NCBI RefSeq assembly: GCF_000011325.1
Contig: NC_003450.3
Location: 2,610,001-2,642,000 of the forward strand
Direction of reading: 5' to 3'
Source of the DNA: Corynebacterium glutamicum ATCC 13032
Lineage (GTDB): Bacteria > Actinomycetota > Actinomycetes > Mycobacteriales > Mycobacteriaceae
DNA: 32,000 nucleotides
Part shown: piece by piece, positions 27,778 through 32,000 of the stretch
How the letters are laid out: each line of letters opens with the position of its first letter
Position numbering within the stretch: position 1 is the stretch's first letter
Made by a program: the position numbers and the translations under genes
The notes under the pieces: model-generated
What the model saw: the letters and a program-made list of their open reading frames with translations, nothing else
Database searches by the model: none
What the model was told of the DNA's origin: nothing

Positions 27778-27886
27778 AGAATATTGTATGACCAGGTGAA
27801 GAGCCCAAAACCTGACTTGGCTCATTTTGGCCTTCAGAAATTCCTATTGACACACCGACCAGCATGGTTTTGATGTCGAGCCAGAA

Positions 27887-27902
27887 GTTTTCCGCACTAA
27901 GT
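27887..27902 (+). repeat. 16-mer GTTTTCCGCACTAAGT, copy 1 of 2
   Basis: An exact second copy lies at 28458-28473 in the same orientation. Confidence 0.8.
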
Positions 27903-28104
27903 GGGAAATGGTGGGGGTAAGGAGTGACAAACTATGCAAACACACCCAGAATGAAGGAAATTATTCCGCAAAGGCCCTTTTCTCGCTTATAGAAGTCAAG
28001 AGTCGGGGTCAATAGTTCGATCTGGCTCGTGTCTGTGCTGCGAATTATCTGCCCATCTAATCAATCGCTATGAGTTCAGGATGTTGATCGATGAATCTCT
28101 TCTC

Positions 28105-28129
28105 TTCAGCACTAATTTGAGCCAACTCA
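28105..28129 (+). repeat. 25-mer TTCAGCACTAATTTGAGCCAACTCA, copy 1 of 2
   Basis: The second copy at 28555-28579 (TTCGGCACTAATTTGAGCCAAGTCA) matches 23 of 25 positions in the same orientation. Confidence 0.8.
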
Positions 28130-28457
28130 TATTTCGAACCAAGATTGCTAATGCCGACCCCGTATTTGGCCTTAAATGAACACTTTCCGGCGCCGATACT
28201 GCAATATCAAACCAAGATCTCCATTCTCCAACCGCGGTTTGGCCTCAATATGCAGCCCCGCCAAATCTGGCCGAAAATTCCCATTGGGACGCCCAGAAAG
28301 TGCCCTCTCAGAATCGCGTTTAAGAGCCTGTGACCCACTAATCCATACAAATACCCATTCTGCGATCCCAACTGTTTAAACCGCAGTGTAATGACTTTGC
28401 TCTTTTTGTTTTGTGGAAGATCACATTGGTAAGTGTGTTTGGGCTGCTAAATCGTAG

Positions 28458-28473
28458 GTTTTCCGCACTAAGT
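28458..28473 (+). repeat. 16-mer GTTTTCCGCACTAAGT, copy 2 of 2
   Basis: See 27887-27902. Confidence 0.8.
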
Positions 28474-28554
28474 TACCCTCGGTGTGAAGGACATCGTTTC
28501 GTCAAGACCTTTGTCTCATCTGTAGACGTGGAGGATTGGGGTCGTTGACTCGCC

Positions 28555-28579
28555 TTCGGCACTAATTTGAGCCAAGTCA
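28555..28579 (+). repeat. 25-mer repeat, copy 2 of 2; its 3' part is also the inverted partner of 27811-27824
   Basis: TGAGCCAAGTCAGG (28568-28581) is the exact reverse complement of CCTGACTTGGCTCA (27811-27824). Confidence 0.8.
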
Positions 28580-28582
28580 GGC

Positions 28583-28631
28583 AAAAAGCCCCTCACACGG
28601 CATCCCAACAAGGGACACCGCATGAGGGGCT
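28583..28631 (-). terminator. Rho-independent terminator of fasA
   Basis: The minus strand reads GAGCCCCTCA tg CGGTGTCCC ttgtt GGGATGCCG tg TGAGGGGCT TTTTG. This is a long composite stem followed by a T-run, starting 16 nt after the fasA stop. Confidence 0.65.
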
Positions 28632-28646
28632 CAACGCAATAACCAA

Positions 28647-31600
28647 CTAGCCTTCGGCGCGGAGGACACCGTCAACTAGGCGGGCGCGGGAATCCAGGAG
28701 GACTGCAGCTTCAACTTCCTTAGCTGCGTCTCCGTGGACACCGAGGTTGCGCTCGACTGGGCGTTCGTACAGTACGCCACCGTGCATACCGGCGACGATG
28801 GTACGAAGGCCTGCTTCTTCGCGAGCGATCGCGGATGCGCGCCATACGTCAGCTGCCTCAGCACCACGTGCCACACGAACTGCCTCATAGAAGGCGTCTG
28901 GGTGAACAATCGCAACCAGAGCGGAGACGTGTCCGAAGCCAAGGGAGGTAACAAGACCTGCCTTTGGTGCCTTCGCACGAAGGTCTAGTGGCTTGCGCAG
29001 CCAGACGAGGTGGGAATGCTTGGACAGTACTGGGTCAACGCAGTCGAGTGCGCGGTTGGCTGGCACCAGTCCGGATCGGAGGACCTGGGTGAGACCGATC
29101 ATCTGGAATGCTGCTGCACCACCCTTGGCGTGTCCGGTGAGTGACTTCTGGGAAATCACGTACATCGGGTTGCCGTCTGCACGACCGATAGCGGATGCGA
29201 TGCGCTCGTGCAGGTCGGACTCGTTTGGATCATTCGCGTTGGTGGAGGTGTCGTGCTTGGAGATAATGGAGATCTCATCAGCAGAGACACCGACGGAACG
29301 CAGTGCTACTGCAAGGCGAGATTCCACACCATCGCGAGCAGCACCAAGGGCACCGAGGCCTGGGGCTGGGATGGAGGTGTGGGCACCATCTGCAAAGGAC
29401 TCTGCGAATCCGATGACACCGAGTACTGGAAGGCCCAGGTCAGCTGCGAGTGATCCGCGTGCCAGAAGGACGGTTCCGCCACCTTCGGATTCGATGAATC
29501 CACCGCGGCGGCGGTCGTTGGCGCGGGAGAAGAAGCGGTGCTCAATTCCCTTGCCTTCCATCTCTGCGGAGTCGGCGGTTGCTGCCATGTCGCCGAAGCC
29601 GGTGATGCCTTCAACGGACAGGGCATCGAAGCCACCTGCGACAACGAAGTCGGACTTGCCGATGCGGATCTTGTCCAGTGCTTCTTCCACAGAAACAGCT
29701 GCGGTTGCACAAGCTGCGACTGGGTGGATCATCTGTCCGTAGCCACCGACGTAGGACTGCATGACGTGAGCTGCAACAACGTTGGGCAGTGCTTCCTGCA
29801 GAACGTCGTTGGCGCGTGGCTCTGCCAGAATGCGGTCGACGTAGATGCCACGGAGGGATTCCATGCCGCCCATGCCGGTGCCTTGGGTAGAGGACACGCG
29901 TGCTGGGTGAACGGAAGCAAGCAGCTCTGCTGGGGTGAATCCAGCGGACAGGAAGGCGTCGACAGTACAGACAATGTTCCACAGCGCGACGGTGTCCAGG
30001 TTGTCCACCATGTCAGCTGGAATGCCCCACACAGCTGGGTCGAAGTCCTTAGGAACCTGTCCACCAACGAAGCGGGTCATCGCCATGCGGCGAGGTACGC
30101 GGATTGCGGAGCCTGCCTTGCGAGTGACCTTCCACTCCCCTGCTGCTTCGTCGAAAGAAGCAAAGGTGAGTTCTGGCTCGGAGTCGACGTAGGTCAGTGC
30201 CTCTTCGCGGGATCCCACGTTGAAGGTGAGGTCCTGGTCGAGGTAGACGGTGGTCAGCTCTGGTGCAAAGTTGTCGATCATGCCGTACTCAGGCATGTCA
30301 TTGTACTTGCGGACACCAACGCGTGCCATGACTTCGTCGTGGTAGCGGTCGAAGATGTCTTCTTCGGCCACTGCGTCGTCGGAGTCGTCGTACCAGCCTG
30401 GCTTTGGATCTTCATCCCAGTGGATAAGTCCCATCGTCCATGCAAGTTCGATGACACCCGCGGCGGAGAGGGAACCGTTGAGTTCGGCGTCGAAACGCGT
30501 ACGTGCAGAACCCAGTGGGCCGAGCTCGCCGGCGCCAACGATGACGACCATCTCGTCAAGGTTTTGGGTGACTTGACCTGCGAAATCAGGGGTGGTTTGA
30601 ACCACTGGTCGGTAAGGAGTTGGCAGTGCTGCCACTGTGCGTGGAGCCTCAACCACTGGTGCGTTAGCTGCCTTAGCTGCTTCTGCACGTGCCATTTCCG
30701 CCAGGTTCAGATCAGATTCACCAAGTCCGCCAGTGAAGTCGACGGTGATTGGCGCGGATGCTGCCTGCTCGCGAACAGTGGAAGTTGCCTGGGACAGCAG
30801 TTTCTCTGCAATTTCTTGGGTGGAGTAGGTTTCCACGCCTGCTTCTTCAGCTGCCTTGACCAAAGGATCGTTGCCGCCCATGAGGCCGGTGCCGCGAACC
30901 CAACCGATGTGAGCGTGCACGAGGGAGGTGTGTGCTCCCCATGCAGCTTGCTCTGCGTTCCAACGGGTAACCACGGCGTCGAGAGCTGCCTTGGATTCAC
31001 CGTATGCACCATCGCCACCGAAGCGTCCACGGTTTGGTGAACCTGGGATGACCACGTGCAGGCGGTGACCCACGTTGATGGAGGAGCCCAATGGCGCAAG
31101 ACCTGCGATGAGGCGCTCAACAGACCAGAGCAGAAGTCGCATCTGGGATTCTGCCTGTGGGCCTGCATCTGCCATGGATCCGGACACGCGAGGTGCCGCG
31201 AATGGGAACAGCAAGGTAGGGACCAAAGCTGGCTTGACCAGCTTGGATGCGCCGTTGACGGTGGTGGTCTGCTCGGATCCGACCCAGTTGATGATGGCGT
31301 CGATGTCTGAGTAGGAGCTCAAGTTAGCCGCCACGATCCACAGTGCTGCCGTGCCGCGTGCGGAACGTGCGTAGAGATCCTTGTAGAACTCCAGGCGGTC
31401 ATGGCCGAGGTTGGAGGTCGTAGCAATGACAGTTGCACCGCCAGCAAGAAGCTTTTCGACGACTGCCGCCGCGATCGAGTTCGGCGATCCGCCGGTTACG
31501 ACCGCAACATCGTCGGCGTAGTCCAAGGAGCTTTGGTCGCGAGCCTGAGCTGCGAGATCATCAAGTCCAAAGAATTCAGCCTGTGCTGCAACAGCTTCGC

Positions 31601-32000
31601 CTGCGCCTGTGACATCGATATCAGTTGCTGCGAGTTCGCCAAGAGCAACGCGGGAGAGATCCTCACGCGCAGAAGCCCAACGGTCATCAAGCAGAACAAC
31701 CTTTTCTTCATCGAAGCTTGGTGCAACCTGACGTGGCCAATCAGAACCGAGTTCCTTGGAGACCAACTCGTAGAGGTCTTCCTCTGCGGTGTCTTCCACG
31801 GAAACGGTTGCTGGCTTATCAAGACCCAACTGGGTCAAGATGGTGCGGGCTGCCTGAGCAAGCACACCATCGTGTCCGGTGACCTGCTCTGCAAACTCGC
31901 CAAGAGCTGCGGAATCAACCACGCCACCGGCAGCGCCGCCTGCTGAAGGCAGGGAGACCGCAACGCCGCGGCGGGAGGCTACGGCCTGGACGGCTGCGTC
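28647..32000 (-). CDS. fasA: Type I fatty acid synthase, C-terminal ~1117 codons (ketoreductase and ketoacyl-synthase regions); 5' part lies beyond the window
   Basis: The frame stays open upstream of the track start (31922) to nt 32000 (...DAAVQAVASRRGVAVSLPSAGGAAGGVVDSAALGEF...). The KR Rossmann motif is VAVVTGGSPNSIAAAVVEKLLAGGATVIATTS. The KS active-site Cys is in HPVAACATAAVSVEEA, and KS His motifs are also present (HTSIPAPG, SKHDTSTNANDP, GHAKGGAAA). Gene symbol inferred from the neighbouring fasR/acpS synteny. Confidence 0.92.
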   Translation of the reverse strand, partial: DAAVQAVASRRGVAVSLPSAGGAAGGVVDSAALGEFAEQVTGHDGVLAQAARTILTQLGLDKPATVSVEDTAEEDLYELVSKELGSDWPRQVAPSFDEEKVVLLDDRWASAREDLSRVALGELAATDIDVTGAGEAVAAQAEFFGLDDLAAQARDQSSLDYADDVAVVTGGSPNSIAAAVVEKLLAGGATVIATTSNLGHDRLEFYKDLYARSARGTAALWIVAANLSSYSDIDAIINWVGSEQTTTVNGASKLVKPALVPTLLFPFAAPRVSGSMADAGPQAESQMRLLLWSVERLIAGLAPLGSSINVGHRLHVVIPGSPNRGRFGGDGAYGESKAALDAVVTRWNAEQAAWGAHTSLVHAHIGWVRGTGLMGGNDPLVKAAEEAGVETYSTQEIAEKLLSQATSTVREQAASAPITVDFTGGLGESDLNLAEMARAEAAKAANAPVVEAPRTVAALPTPYRPVVQTTPDFAGQVTQNLDEMVVIVGAGELGPLGSARTRFDAELNGSLSAAGVIELAWTMGLIHWDEDPKPGWYDDSDDAVAEEDIFDRYHDEVMARVGVRKYNDMPEYGMIDNFAPELTTVYLDQDLTFNVGSREEALTYVDSEPELTFASFDEAAGEWKVTRKAGSAIRVPRRMAMTRFVGGQVPKDFDPAVWGIPADMVDNLDTVALWNIVCTVDAFLSAGFTPAELLASVHPARVSSTQGTGMGGMESLRGIYVDRILAEPRANDVLQEALPNVVAAHVMQSYVGGYGQMIHPVAACATAAVSVEEALDKIRIGKSDFVVAGGFDALSVEGITGFGDMAATADSAEMEGKGIEHRFFSRANDRRRGGFIESEGGGTVLLARGSLAADLGLPVLGVIGFAESFADGAHTSIPAPGLGALGAARDGVESRLAVALRSVGVSADEISIISKHDTSTNANDPNESDLHERIASAIGRADGNPMYVISQKSLTGHAKGGAAAFQMIGLTQVLRSGLVPANRALDCVDPVLSKHSHLVWLRKPLDLRAKAPKAGLVTSLGFGHVSALVAIVHPDAFYEAVRVARGAEAADVWRASAIAREEAGLRTIVAGMHGGVLYERPVERNLGVHGDAAKEVEAAVLLDSRARLVDGVLRAEG

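Larger units (their letters stand above)
27764..28375 (-). pseudogene. Unknown roughly 200-codon gene with two frameshifts and one in-frame stop, immediately upstream of hicA'
   Basis: Four protein-like segments are colinear on the minus strand. Segment 1 (28375-28175): TVGIAEWVFVWISGSQALKRDSERALSGRPNGNFRPDLAGLHIEAKPRLENGDLGLILQY. Segment 2 (~28196-28060): GAGKCSFKAKYGVGISNLGSKYELAQISAEEKRFIDQHPELIAID. Segments 3 and 4 (28056-27767): LDGQIIRSTDTSQIELLTPTLDFYKREKGLCGIISFILGVFA, then TAG, then FVTPYPHHFPLSAENFWLDIKTMLVGVSIGISEGQNEPSQVLGSSPGHTIFYEGQ. The terminal TGA overlaps the hicA' start region. Confidence 0.35.

Noticed and set aside
28145-28379. Two plus-strand 62/67-aa ORFs in the repeat-rich tract
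   Set aside because: Their products are Pro/Arg/Ile-rich and not protein-like. The minus-strand frames over the same DNA read as colinear, protein-like segments of a decayed gene.
27800-28646. Possibility that the repeated motifs are FasR operators controlling fasA
   Set aside because: This tract lies downstream of the fasA stop and terminator. The fasA promoter is beyond the right window edge, so an operator role for fasA is topologically implausible.
29538-31040. 500-aa plus-strand ORF and many 60-250-aa ORFs within 28.7-32.0 kb
   Set aside because: They lie in antisense or off-frames of the FAS gene. The minus-strand frame carries KR and KS catalytic motifs over its full length.

Overview
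I recognise this window as a Corynebacterium glutamicum-type chromosomal segment. That call rests on my memory of protein sequences and gene order; no search was run. It runs from the sugar-ABC ATPase msiK to the 3' 3.35 kb of the type-I fatty acid synthase gene fasA. About 25 genes look intact: larC, hyi, an SDR, orn, an esterase, the L,D-transpeptidase lipoprotein lppS, two tandem tRNA-Lys(CTT), an ankyrin-repeat protein, one ISCg1-like ISL3 element with an 8-bp target duplication, a lipoprotein, a glutaminase with a STAS tail, gntK, a DUF222-HNH endonuclease, pncA, a DUF3618 protein, bcp, the TetR regulator fasR, acpS and an MFS transporter. I saw no rRNA, CRISPR array or complete prophage. 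The notable property is a high density of gene wreckage. Four junctions look like deletion scars that joined unrelated gene fragments: GT2|integrase, araC|ALDH, ADH::LarB and UxaC::cytidylate-kinase-like. Several genes are frameshifted: an NTF2-like gene, a VOC/PhnB-like gene, a LacI-type regulator, hicA and an unknown roughly 200-codon gene. An AT-richer accessory islet holding the hicA'/hicB pair, this multi-lesion pseudogene and a small repeat family separates acpS from fasA. I found no convincing intact novel multi-gene system. The candidates most worth follow-up are the decayed toxin/nuclease islet at 27.2-28.6 kb, the orphaned partial lar (nickel-pincer cofactor) locus, and the ankyrin-repeat gene just downstream of the tRNA-Lys pair.
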